From assembly GCA_944392145.1 (NCBI GenBank), contig CALXVS010000001.1, positions 11,502-75,501 on the forward strand: a stretch of DNA of 64,000 bases. Direction: 5' to 3'. Numbering within the stretch: the stretch's first letter is position 1; each line of letters opens with the position of its first letter. Made by a program: the position numbers and the translations under genes. Source of the stretch: an uncultured Alphaproteobacteria bacterium. Its GTDB lineage: Bacteria; Pseudomonadota; Alphaproteobacteria; CAAHEQ01; UBA3637. This document shows positions 24,345 through 33,623 of this stretch, in pieces. The notes below the pieces were generated by a model. It did no database searches. It was not told where the DNA came from and was given only the letters and a program-made list of their open reading frames with translations.

Positions 24345-25898
24345 ATGAAAAAACTTAATTCAATCATTCTTTCCGGGCAGGAAGTTATCCCGCTGATTGA
24401 GGGCGGCAAAGGGATTGCCGTTTCCGACGGAAAATCATCCGGTGCGTGGGCCAAGGCGGGGGCCGTGGGCACACTTTCCGGCGTTTTTGCCGATATTGTT
24501 GACGACAAAGGACATATCGTCCCAAAAGTCTATACGCGCCGCTCACGCGCCGAAAGGCACAACGAGTTGATTGAAATGTCAATTAAAGGCGGCATTTCAC
24601 AAGCTCGGATCGCCCATGAAATTGCCGGCGGCAACGGCCGAATTCACATGAATGTGTTATGGGAAATGGGCGGCAGTATTCCCATTTTGGAAGGGGTCAT
24701 GGATTCATGCGAAGCGTGGGTCAAAACCTTAAAAGAAAAAACACCCGAAAAATACCAGGATAAAATTGCCGCCGTCGGCGAAAAAGTGCAACAAACTTTG
24801 GGGACGTTGCGGTTTCAGTACCAAAAACGTTTAAATGATACCGTACCGGTCGTTGACGGGATGTTGGGGGAAGTTAAAAATTTAATTCACGGTATCACCT
24901 GCGGGGCCGGCATGCCCTATAAATTAGCCGAAATCGCTTCAAAATTCGGTATATACTATTACCCGATCGTTTCATCGGCACGGGCATTCAGGGCGCTATG
25001 GTTACGCTCATATAAAAACTGCCCCGAATATTTGGGGGGTGTGGTTTACGAAGATCCGTGGTTAGCCGGCGGTCATAACGGTTTATCCAATTCCGAAGAT
25101 CCGACAAAACCCGAACGCCCCTATGAACGTCTGATTGCGTTACGCCGTCAGATGCGTGATTTTAAATTAGATAATGTTCCCATTATTTTGGCCGGCGGCG
25201 TGTGGAATTTAAGCGAATTTGAAGATTATATTGATAATCCCGACATCGGACCTTTGGCATTTCAATTGGGCACGCGACCTTTACTGACACAGGAAAGTCC
25301 GGTTGCCAAAGCGTGGCAAGGGTGTTTGCGCAGCCTTAAAAAAGGGGATGTGGTGCTGCAACAATTTTCTCCGACAGGCTTTTATTCCTCTGCTGTTCGG
25401 AACAAGTTTTTGCAAAATTTGTTTGACCGTAAAGATACGGAAATGCCCTATAAGGAAGCACCTGAAGGAATTTTTGTGCATCCGTATCAATTGGGAACAC
25501 ATACGGTTTATTTAACGGCACATGATAAAAAACGCACCGCCGAATATGCCCAAAACGGCAAACCCGTTGCCCTACGCACACCGGATTCATCCTTAATCTT
25601 TGTTTCAAAAGAAGAAGAAGCAAAAATTAAAGCCGATCGGGCAGATTGCGTCGGTTGTCTCTCCGCTTGTGCCTTTTCGGGTTGGTCTCAGGCAACGGGT
25701 CATTTAGACCGCTTACCCGATTCGCGATCATTTTGCATCACGAAAACATTAACGGCTATTGCCCATGGAGAAAGCATTGATAACAACCTGATGTTCGCAG
25801 GTCATGCCGCCTATCGGTTCGGAACGGATCCCATGTATAAAAACGGATACATCCCGACGGTTGCGGAATTGATTGATGCCTTATTGAAAGGAAAATAA
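24345..25898 (+). CDS. Nitronate monooxygenase (NMO/2-nitropropane dioxygenase-like) family flavoprotein, long form
   Basis: Start at ATG 24345 after AGGAGA. IPLIEGGKGIAVS, ITCGAGMP and ILAGGVW motifs indicate an FMN TIM barrel of the NMO family. The C-terminal ~150 aa extension is unassigned. Confidence 0.7.
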   Translation: MKKLNSIILSGQEVIPLIEGGKGIAVSDGKSSGAWAKAGAVGTLSGVFADIVDDKGHIVPKVYTRRSRAERHNELIEMSIKGGISQARIAHEIAGGNGRIHMNVLWEMGGSIPILEGVMDSCEAWVKTLKEKTPEKYQDKIAAVGEKVQQTLGTLRFQYQKRLNDTVPVVDGMLGEVKNLIHGITCGAGMPYKLAEIASKFGIYYYPIVSSARAFRALWLRSYKNCPEYLGGVVYEDPWLAGGHNGLSNSEDPTKPERPYERLIALRRQMRDFKLDNVPIILAGGVWNLSEFEDYIDNPDIGPLAFQLGTRPLLTQESPVAKAWQGCLRSLKKGDVVLQQFSPTGFYSSAVRNKFLQNLFDRKDTEMPYKEAPEGIFVHPYQLGTHTVYLTAHDKKRTAEYAQNGKPVALRTPDSSLIFVSKEEEAKIKADRADCVGCLSACAFSGWSQATGHLDRLPDSRSFCITKTLTAIAHGESIDNNLMFAGHAAYRFGTDPMYKNGYIPTVAELIDALLKGK

Positions 25899-25913
25899 TT
25901 TTTAAACATTATA

Positions 25914-25944
25914 AAAAGGCGACTGACATAAGTCGCCTTTTTTT
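25914..25944 (+). terminator. Intrinsic terminator after the NMO-family gene
   Basis: aaaaggcgact-gacata-agtcgcctttttttt. Confidence 0.8.
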
Positions 25945-25986
25945 ATGATAATATTCCAACAGAATAATTTTTTACTTTTCCCTTTT

Positions 25987-26586
25987 TTATAAATACTTCA
26001 GCAATAAAAACCCACCGATTAACAACGCAAAAAACAACACCGATAACCATCCCAAGTTTTTTTCAATAAAGGCTTTCATCGGCACTCCGAATTTCCACAA
26101 TAACCATGCTACCAAATAAAACCGCATGCCACGTGCAATGACAGAGGCAATAACAAAAACCCAAAAATTCAAATGCGTGACACCGCTGGCAATTGTGACA
26201 ATTTTATACGGAAACGGTGTCAATCCCGCGCCGAATACAATCCAAGCACCCCATTCGTTATAATACGAACAAAATGTTTCAAACTGTTGTGTATAATGGT
26301 AAAAATTTAAAATTTTAATACCGATTGAATCGTATAAAAACCAACCGATAGCATACCCGAAAACACCCCCCAACACACTGGAAACAGTTGTGTAAAGGGC
26401 TATTTTAAATGCTTCATTCCGCCGCGCTAATACCAACGGAATTAAAAAAACATCCGGTGGAATCGGGAAAAAAGAGCTTTCTATGAACGATACGGCACAC
26501 AAAATCATCAATCCGTTAGGGTGCGCTGCAATATTCATAGCCCAATCATACATTTTTCTGATATAATCACGTCCCATTTTCAACAT
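25987..26586 (-). CDS. DedA/YqaA-family (SNARE-associated) membrane protein
   Basis: 199 aa, multi-TM, with FIESSFFPIPPDVFLIPLV characteristic of the YqaA/DedA family. Confidence 0.75.
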   Translation of the reverse strand: MLKMGRDYIRKMYDWAMNIAAHPNGLMILCAVSFIESSFFPIPPDVFLIPLVLARRNEAFKIALYTTVSSVLGGVFGYAIGWFLYDSIGIKILNFYHYTQQFETFCSYYNEWGAWIVFGAGLTPFPYKIVTIASGVTHLNFWVFVIASVIARGMRFYLVAWLLWKFGVPMKAFIEKNLGWLSVLFFALLIGGFLLLKYL

Positions 26587-26661
26587 TTATTTTGACTTTC
26601 GCGCTGATTTTCCCTATTCTTATAATGAAAAGCAGTTTAACTTTTTTTTAAAGGAAAAGCA

Positions 26662-27126
26662 ATGAAAAAATTTTCATCAGTTTTACTTTTATGCGGGGCA
26701 TTGGCCGCATGCGGCATCGGCGATACGAATACAACTTACGAACGTTCGGAAATCGGTGCGCAAGCCTATGTTGAATATGGAACCATTGTCCAAATGAATC
26801 CGGTTAAAACCGCCGGAACAAGCACCGTCGGCACGCTGGCCGGAGCCGGTGCCGGTGCTGCGGCAGGTTCTATGATCGGCGGAAACACGGCGGTCAACAT
26901 CATCGGCGGCATTGGTGGTGCTTTAGTCGGCGGCATGGTCGGTTCGGCAGCAGAAAAAAATCTGACATCTGACACGGCTTATGAATTTCTTATCCGCAAA
27001 CAAAACGGCTCAATGGTGTCAATCGTCCAATCAAATGAATTGGGTTTAAGACCGGGTGAAAACGTCATTTTAAGCACTTTATACGGCACAACCCGTATTC
27101 GGGCCCGGGCAGGAAATTTAAATTAA
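26662..27126 (+). CDS. Outer-membrane lipoprotein with glycine-zipper domain (SlyB / 17-kDa antigen-like)
   Basis: Lipobox LLCGALAAC followed by the glycine zipper GTLAGAGAGAAAGSMIGGNTAVNIIGGIGGALVGGMVGSAA. Confidence 0.8.
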   Translation: MKKFSSVLLLCGALAACGIGDTNTTYERSEIGAQAYVEYGTIVQMNPVKTAGTSTVGTLAGAGAGAAAGSMIGGNTAVNIIGGIGGALVGGMVGSAAEKNLTSDTAYEFLIRKQNGSMVSIVQSNELGLRPGENVILSTLYGTTRIRARAGNLN

Positions 27127-27207
27127 AAAAAACACCTCTATTTACCATTACAAAAACCCCCGCTGAAAATATCCCGCGGAGGTTTTGCCAAAACCGGCTG
27201 TTTGTTC

Positions 27208-27411
27208 TTACTGCAAAACCAGGTTTGTGGCACAGGTTTTGCCGTTTTCTTCTTTCAAATCATAGGAAATGGGTTGTTCTTCTCGCAACGCATTTAAATT
27301 TGATGCGCGCACGGCCGTGATATGCACGAACACGTCTTTTCCCCCTTCATTCGGTGTAATAAATCCGAATCCCTTTTTAAAATTAAACCACTTCACTTTA
27401 CCGGAATACAT
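27208..27411 (-). CDS. cspA: Cold-shock protein (CspA family)
   Basis: 67 aa. GKVKWFNFKKGFGFI (RNP1) and DVFVH (RNP2). A ~230-nt gap upstream is consistent with a long csp leader. Confidence 0.92.
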   Translation of the reverse strand: MYSGKVKWFNFKKGFGFITPNEGGKDVFVHITAVRASNLNALREEQPISYDLKEENGKTCATNLVLQ

Positions 27412-27639
27412 AAAAAAACTCCTTTATAAAAATACCTTATCATCGGCAACGATTTGATGTGTTAGCCTGACGCGGCACACAAAACAAGAGCTATTTTCCG
27501 TATTGAATACGCTTATCAGATAAATCCTGCTCTGCCTTGTTCGTTACAACATCAAAGACCTTTTTTATATAAGCTTTTTTGCACCAAAATACAAGGTAAA
27601 AAAATGAAAAACCGTGCGTTATTTAGAATCTGCCCTTAT

Positions 27640-27858
27640 TTAATGCACACTTTGCGCATTAAAATCGTTTTGCAACGCCACCATCAAAGCTGCCTCACGC
27701 GTGGCCGTATAAGCGATTTGTTCGCCATCGGGATTATAAATGGACCAAACATTTTCATCATTGATTTGTTCACGCTTGATATACACGGCCGCTGTATCTC
27801 CCAAAAAAACCGTTGGTGCATCGGGCAGCAGGGATTGCTTCCTTTTATTTTTTTGCAT
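27640..27858 (-). CDS. DUF1150 family protein
   Basis: AAVYIKREQINDENVWSIYNPDGEQIAYTATREAALMVALQNDF matches my memory of DUF1150, which commonly follows hsp20 in alphaproteobacteria. I prefer the start at the internal Met (27858). Confidence 0.65.
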   Translation of the reverse strand: MQKNKRKQSLLPDAPTVFLGDTAAVYIKREQINDENVWSIYNPDGEQIAYTATREAALMVALQNDFNAQSVH

Positions 27859-28303
27859 GCGTCTTCCCCTTTGTCTGAACAGGTGATACTTTATTTGAAT
27901 GGGCACGGATATTGATGGTTTGTGCCTGTGGCCGGCGTTGCGGCCGTTTTAAATCAACATGCAACAACCCATTTTCAAGCTGTGCCCCCAAAACAGTCAT
28001 ACCATCGGCTAACACAAATGATTTTACAAAACTGCGTCCCGCAATCCCTTTATACAAATAACACCGCTCTTCGGCCGATTCTTGCCGCCCGCGAATGGTC
28101 AGTTGACTTTCTTCAAACGTCACGCTTAAATCATTCTCACTATATCCGGCAACCGCCAACGTGATACGCACATCTTTATTTTCCAACTGCTCAACATTAT
28201 AGGGGGGAAACCCTTCGGCATTTTTGGAAATACGGCTTAAAATTTCCTCAAGGGCATCAAATCCAACCATAAACGGCGGATTAAAGGGTGTATTCGCGGT
28301 CAT
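27845..28303 (-). CDS. Small heat-shock protein Hsp20/IbpA family
   Basis: FNPPFMVGFDALEEILS...FPPYNVEQLENKDVRITLAVAGYSENDLSVTFEESQLTIRG is the alpha-crystallin domain. Confidence 0.88.
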   Translation of the reverse strand: MTANTPFNPPFMVGFDALEEILSRISKNAEGFPPYNVEQLENKDVRITLAVAGYSENDLSVTFEESQLTIRGRQESAEERCYLYKGIAGRSFVKSFVLADGMTVLGAQLENGLLHVDLKRPQRRPQAQTINIRAHSNKVSPVQTKGKTHAKK

Positions 28304-29681
28304 GCGTCTCCCCCTCTTTTAATTTTTGACTTAACACGGCAATATCTGTTTTCATTTGGGTATCCCGTGTCATCAGCCCCTCAATCGTTTTCACGGCGTG
28401 CATAACGGTTGTATGATCACGCCCGAAAAAGGCCGCAATATCCGGCAGGGATAAAGACGTCAGTGTCTTTGCTAAATACATGGCGATTTGGCGCGGACGG
28501 GCGATTCGCCGATCACGCCGTGTTGATTTCAAATCATTCAGCGACACCCCGAAATAACGGGCGGTCATTTGTTGAATATCCGGCACCTGCACCGGTTTAT
28601 CATAGGCATTTAAAATATCCCGCAATACGGTTCGTGTCGTTTCAATGCTTACCGCACCGCCGATCAATTCGGCATGCGCTACAATACGTTTCAACGCGCC
28701 TTCCAACTCCCGCACATTGGACGTAATTGTCTTGGCCATAAAATCCAACACATTTTCGGGAACAGCAATCGGCATACGCGCCGCCTTTTCCTGCAATATA
28801 CCCAAGCGTAGCTCATACGACGTCGGATGAATCCCGACCACAAGACCTTGCGCGATTCGCGTTTTTAAACGATCCTCAATCCCTTGTAAATCCAATGGTG
28901 ACGAATCGGATGACAAGATAATTTTTTTACCGCGCGCGATTAAATCATTAAAGGTATGAAAAAACTCTTCCTGCGTCGCTTTTTTACCGATAATAAACTG
29001 AATATCGTCAATCATCAAAACATCAACCGACCGAAACAAATCACGAAACGAATCGGTTGTATTGGATCGCAGTGACTTAATAAACCGATGAAAAAACTGC
29101 TCGGACGATAAATACAAAACACTTTTTTCGGGCGACAACCGCTTGATTTGCCACGCGATGGCATGCATCAAATGCGTTTTTCCCAATCCGACAGAACTAT
29201 GCAAATAAAGAGGATTAAAGGTAACAGAAGTATCCTCGGCCACTTTACGGGCGGCCGCATAAGCAAACTGATTCGGCTGCCCCACAACAAATGATTCAAA
29301 CGTATGGGTCGGATCCAAAAGTGACACCATATCCTCATCCGACGCACCCGATTCAGCCAAAATCGGTAAAGAAGGAACAACCTCCGGTGGAACGGGATGA
29401 GACGAATCGGCCAATTCCGGACGATGCAACTGAAACGTTAAACCGCCAACTGCCGGATTACGATCCCGCCACAGTGATAAAATTTGATCCGCATAATTCT
29501 GCTTAACCAATTCATGAATACAGGGCGAGGGAACAAACAACGTCACTTTGTTGTTTTCCATTCGGTCCGGCACGATTTTTTTCAGCCACCTGAGCGCGAT
29601 TTTATCACCTAACTCTTGCCGCAGCTGACCGTAAACAGCCTCCCATTGCCCCTGTAACGCTTCTTGAGAACAATCTGACAT
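28281..29681 (-). CDS. dnaA: Chromosomal replication initiator DnaA
   Basis: AAA+ Walker A GLGKTHL, box VII, and a C-terminal DNA-binding domain (IARPRQIAMYLAK...SLPDIAAFFGRDHTTVMHA). The likely start is MSDCSQEALQGQWEAV at 29681. The track ORF extends 54 codons further upstream. Confidence 0.92.
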   Translation of the reverse strand: MSDCSQEALQGQWEAVYGQLRQELGDKIALRWLKKIVPDRMENNKVTLFVPSPCIHELVKQNYADQILSLWRDRNPAVGGLTFQLHRPELADSSHPVPPEVVPSLPILAESGASDEDMVSLLDPTHTFESFVVGQPNQFAYAAARKVAEDTSVTFNPLYLHSSVGLGKTHLMHAIAWQIKRLSPEKSVLYLSSEQFFHRFIKSLRSNTTDSFRDLFRSVDVLMIDDIQFIIGKKATQEEFFHTFNDLIARGKKIILSSDSSPLDLQGIEDRLKTRIAQGLVVGIHPTSYELRLGILQEKAARMPIAVPENVLDFMAKTITSNVRELEGALKRIVAHAELIGGAVSIETTRTVLRDILNAYDKPVQVPDIQQMTARYFGVSLNDLKSTRRDRRIARPRQIAMYLAKTLTSLSLPDIAAFFGRDHTTVMHAVKTIEGLMTRDTQMKTDIAVLSQKLKEGETHDREYTL

Positions 29682-30101
29682 GACTCCAACCACAAAAATT
29701 TTTGATAACGAGAATAGGTCTATTGTAAAAATTCTTTTCAAAAAAGGCAACCGAATTTTTTTCCGAAAGACAAATATTTTTCTTGACGCAAGATATGGAT
29801 AGTGTGATTCAATATCTGCCTTATACAGGAACTTTTCTGTCAACTAACTTTTCAAAAAGAAAATCTTTTTCCAACAAAAACTCATTTTAAGAAATCAAGC
29901 TGAATTTTTATCATTTTTTTCGTTACAATAAATCGCTTTGATACCAACGAACATACTATTCTGATAAAAAACCGATGTTATCCCAACCCATGATATTATT
30001 CGTCCCGTTTGTTCCCAAAACTGTTTCAATTGATATTAAAAACCAATAAAGCCTTGGCAGACAATCTTGACAAAGCACGGTAATTTTCTTAAACTATCGG
30101 T

Positions 30102-31235
30102 ATGCATAACAACACGCCGCATATAACTTGCACACGCGACGCGGCGCACAAAAAAATACTTGTGACGCTGTCAGGATGTTTTTGTCGTTTTGATGATCAA
30201 AATCAAAAACAAGCGCTGCATCAAATGGTCACGGATAATCCCCATAACACAATCATCGTGCATTCTGACCACTTGGAATCATGGGATTCATCCTTGGTTA
30301 TTGTTTTAACAAGCCTTATTCAAACAGCGCAACAGCAAAAGGTAAAGCTTGATTTATCCAGGTTACCGAAAGATTTAAACGCCTTATTGACATTGGTCTT
30401 TGCCGTCAACCGTCATCCCCCGACAGCAAAAATAATACAATCTGATTTTTTAACCCGCTTGGGGAAGGCCGGTATCAATTGTTATCAAAGCACCCGTCAA
30501 GGATTAAATTTTATCACGGACACACTGGTGTCATTCGGACGAATGATGACGGGACGTGTGGTATCACGCCCCATTGATTTTTGGTTCGCATTGGAAGACA
30601 GCGGCCCCAAGGCTGTGGGAATTGTTGCGCTTATCAGTTTTATGGTCGGCCTGATTTTAGCATTCGTCGGTGCCATTCAGTTACAAACATTCGGCGCTCA
30701 GATTTATGTTGCCTCATTGGTAACCATTGCCATGACCCGAATCATGGGTGCCATTATGTGCGGCGTTATCATGGCTGGACGGACAGGCGCCTCCTATGCC
30801 GCCGCCATCGGCACCATGCAGGTAAATGAAGAATTGGATGCGTTAAAAACCATGGGCATTCCCATCACCGACTTTTTGGTATTACCGCGTTTCGTAGCGC
30901 TAATCGTGACCATGCCTTTATTGACCTTGCTGGCCGACTTTGCCGGGATGTTGGGCGGGGCCTTTGTCGGCATCAGCATGTTGGATATTGCGCCTCAGGA
31001 ATATTTAAAATATTCCGTCAACGCATTCAATATCACGAATTTTTTAGTCGGCATTTTTCATGGATTTGTGTTCGGTATCGTTATTGCCCTGTGCGGGTGT
31101 TATTATGGCGCAACGGCCGGCCGAACGGCTGACAGTGTCGGTGTCGCCGCCACAAAAGCTGTTGTATCGGCGATTGTGTGGATGATTGTTTTAACCGGTA
31201 TTATTACCGTTATTTTTAAGGTGATCGGCATATGA
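30102..31235 (+). CDS. MlaE-family ABC permease with ~110-aa N-terminal STAS-like extension
   Basis: The C-terminal 260 aa carry typical MlaE TM topology (GPKAVGIVALISFMVGLILAF..., EELDALKTMGI). The N-terminal part is soluble. Confidence 0.8.
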   Translation: MHNNTPHITCTRDAAHKKILVTLSGCFCRFDDQNQKQALHQMVTDNPHNTIIVHSDHLESWDSSLVIVLTSLIQTAQQQKVKLDLSRLPKDLNALLTLVFAVNRHPPTAKIIQSDFLTRLGKAGINCYQSTRQGLNFITDTLVSFGRMMTGRVVSRPIDFWFALEDSGPKAVGIVALISFMVGLILAFVGAIQLQTFGAQIYVASLVTIAMTRIMGAIMCGVIMAGRTGASYAAAIGTMQVNEELDALKTMGIPITDFLVLPRFVALIVTMPLLTLLADFAGMLGGAFVGISMLDIAPQEYLKYSVNAFNITNFLVGIFHGFVFGIVIALCGCYYGATAGRTADSVGVAATKAVVSAIVWMIVLTGIITVIFKVIGI

Positions 31236-31999
31236 CAGACAATAAAATCACGGTTAAAAATTTAAGCGTCGGATACGGATCATTTGTTTTGTTAAAAAAC
31301 ATCTCGTTTGACGTTAAACGCGGTTCTGTTTTTATCATCATGGGGGGCAGCGGCTGCGGCAAAAGTTCTTTGCTGCGCGTGCTGACGGGATTAAATGCAC
31401 CGCTTGGCGGATCGGTTTGGATTGACGGCAAGAATTTAACCACCGCACCGGAAGCGGAAAAAAATGCCCTGATGCGCCGTGGCGGTATTTTATATCAAAG
31501 CGGGGCATTGTTTTCCTCTATGACATTGGCCGAAAACATTGCTCTGCCGCTGCAGCAATATACAGATTATTCCCCTGCTGCCGTCAAAGAGTTGGTTTCA
31601 TTAAAATTAAACCTGGTGGGATTGGCCGGTTTTGAAGATTTTTATCCCGCTGAAATCAGCGGCGGCATGAAAAAGCGTGCCGGACTGGCCCGCGCTTTGG
31701 CGTTGGATCCCGATATCGTTTATTTTGATGAACCGTCCGCCGGATTGGATCCCATCAGTTCAAAACACTTGGATGATTTAATTTTAAATATTTCCGAAAC
31801 ATTGGGCACCACCATTGTCATTGTGACCCACGAATTGGCATCTATTTTTTCCATTGGCACAGACTCTATTTTTTTGGATGCAGATGCCCATGGTATCACG
31901 GCCCGCGGCAATCCTAAAGAGCTTTTGAAAAATCCGCCGAATAAAATCGTTTTTGACTTTTTAACCCGAGGAGATCCCCATGCGCAAAAACCCGAATGA
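31232..31999 (+). CDS. MlaF-like ABC transporter ATP-binding protein
   Basis: Walker A GGSGCGKSS, signature ISGGMKKR and Walker B IVYFDEP. There is a 4-nt start/stop overlap with the permease. Confidence 0.9.
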   Translation: MTDNKITVKNLSVGYGSFVLLKNISFDVKRGSVFIIMGGSGCGKSSLLRVLTGLNAPLGGSVWIDGKNLTTAPEAEKNALMRRGGILYQSGALFSSMTLAENIALPLQQYTDYSPAAVKELVSLKLNLVGLAGFEDFYPAEISGGMKKRAGLARALALDPDIVYFDEPSAGLDPISSKHLDDLILNISETLGTTIVIVTHELASIFSIGTDSIFLDADAHGITARGNPKELLKNPPNKIVFDFLTRGDPHAQKPE

Positions 32000-32765
32000 A
32001 AAAATGATCGGCCTGTTTTTACTGATCGGCCTGATTGCTTTCTTTGGTATTACCGGCAAATTTATGGCTGATAAGATTATTTCTCAAGATGACGAACAAG
32101 TTGTCATGTATTTTGACGAATCTGTTAAAGGGTTAAGCGTTGGTTCCCCTGTCGTGTTCAAAGGCGTTGAAATCGGGAAAGTATCAAAAATAGAGCTGCG
32201 CGCCGCATTGGACAGCATGGATTTCAGTATTCCCGTTTATGCCCGCATGTTACCAAACCAAGATATCAACCCTTGGTATAAAAGTTACGAGTTCCGCAAA
32301 AAATCATTGGATCATTTTATTGAAAAAGGCTTGCGTGCCCGCCTGGCAACACAAAGCTATTTAACGGGTCAATTGATGGTTGAATTGGAAATCATCCCCA
32401 AAGCCCCCATTGTCTTACGTCATAAAAAGCAAGGAAACGTGTTGGAAATTCCAACGGTTTTATCTCCGATCGGCGAATTGTCAAAAGACGTTAAAAACCT
32501 GCCCTTAAAACAAATTACGGAACGTATTAATACAATTTTGGGCGATTTGGAACGGCAACTTCCTCAAATTTTACCGCATTTCGCGGCCATGTCCCAAAAA
32601 ATGGACCGCCTTGTCAGCAAAAACGGTCCGGCCTTGACAGATGTTCTGACAAACCTGAATAAAACACTTTACGACATCTCAAATGCCGCAAAATCATTTA
32701 AAAACGTGGCTGATTATTTGGAACGGCATCCCGAATCCCTGATTCGCGGTAAGAAAGGATATTAA
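31980..32765 (+). CDS. MlaD/MCE-domain protein (PqiB-like, single MCE)
   Basis: N-terminal TM anchor, then the MCE domain FDESVKGLSVGSPVVFKGVEIGKV. Confidence 0.8.
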   Translation: MRKNPNEKMIGLFLLIGLIAFFGITGKFMADKIISQDDEQVVMYFDESVKGLSVGSPVVFKGVEIGKVSKIELRAALDSMDFSIPVYARMLPNQDINPWYKSYEFRKKSLDHFIEKGLRARLATQSYLTGQLMVELEIIPKAPIVLRHKKQGNVLEIPTVLSPIGELSKDVKNLPLKQITERINTILGDLERQLPQILPHFAAMSQKMDRLVSKNGPALTDVLTNLNKTLYDISNAAKSFKNVADYLERHPESLIRGKKGY

Positions 32766-32766
32766 A

Positions 32767-33327
32767 ATGAAAAAAATTATTTTTCTGATACTGTGTATTT
32801 TCTTAAGCGGTTGTTTCGGCACAAGCAAACCGGCTGATTTTTACGTGTTACAACCCCAAACACGCCTTTCCCCCATTCAAACGACCCATTTTAATATCGG
32901 TGTTGAAGCCGTGGAACTGCCAACCTATCTTGACCGACCGCAAATCGTGTGGCAAAAAGATGATTCCAGTGAATTGAAAGTGTCCGAATTAAACCGGTGG
33001 GGCGAACCTTTATCCGAGATGATTCAACGCACCCTTACCGGTGACCTGGCCCGATTATTACCCAACGCATTCATCAAACCCAAAACATTCAGCCGCGATG
33101 GCTTTAATCGTATTATTTTGGTTGAAATTGATCGTTTTGATGCCATTGAAGGGAAAGAAGCCTTTTTAAGCGCTTGGTGGTCCGTTTCAAATGCCGAGGG
33201 CGCAACACTGATGCAGGACAAAACCGTTTTAAGCGCCCCGACAACAGGAACTTATGAAAATTATGCGCGTGTGCAAAGCGACCTGATCGCACAATTGGCC
33301 GAACAAATCGCAAAAAAAATAAAATAG
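32767..33327 (+). CDS. ABC-type transport auxiliary lipoprotein (DUF330/PqiC-like)
   Basis: Lipobox IFLSGC followed by PADFYVLQP, with LPTYLDRPQIV typical of this family. It is the last gene of the Mla/Pqi-like operon. Confidence 0.75.
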   Translation: MKKIIFLILCIFLSGCFGTSKPADFYVLQPQTRLSPIQTTHFNIGVEAVELPTYLDRPQIVWQKDDSSELKVSELNRWGEPLSEMIQRTLTGDLARLLPNAFIKPKTFSRDGFNRIILVEIDRFDAIEGKEAFLSAWWSVSNAEGATLMQDKTVLSAPTTGTYENYARVQSDLIAQLAEQIAKKIK

Positions 33328-33385
33328 CTCCCACAGGTATTGCCTTTTTCGCGCACCCGCCTTATGTAACAAGTAAGGGGGCCAT

Positions 33386-33604
33386 ATGAAGATACGTGAT
33401 ATTTTGGAAATAACCGAAACGATTTTAACAATCCTTGTATCACTGACAGCGTTAAGCGGCACTTTTATCGCTTATAAAAACGGTTTTTTCCATAAACTGA
33501 AACACGTAGTTGACCATTACCACGAAGTCGCTTTAAAAGCCGAAAGCGACCTTCAAAAAGAACCGCTTTTTAAAATTATCCCCCTTAAAAAGCAGGATAA
33601 ATAA
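33386..33604 (+). CDS. Small hypothetical membrane-anchored protein
   Basis: 72 aa with one hydrophobic segment (ILTILVSLTALSGTFIAY) and AAGGGGG upstream of the ATG. No homology recognised. Confidence 0.35.
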   Translation: MKIRDILEITETILTILVSLTALSGTFIAYKNGFFHKLKHVVDHYHEVALKAESDLQKEPLFKIIPLKKQDK

Positions 33605-33623
33605 GCCCGTCACTTCGCCTGTT

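Noticed and set aside
29682-29843. The 54-codon N-terminal extension of dnaA given by the ORF track.
   Set aside because: The extension is hydrophobic and low-complexity (FVFRKKIRLPFLKRIFTIDLFSL) and unlike any DnaA N-terminus. MSDCSQEALQGQWEAVYGQL fits the usual DnaA domain I start.
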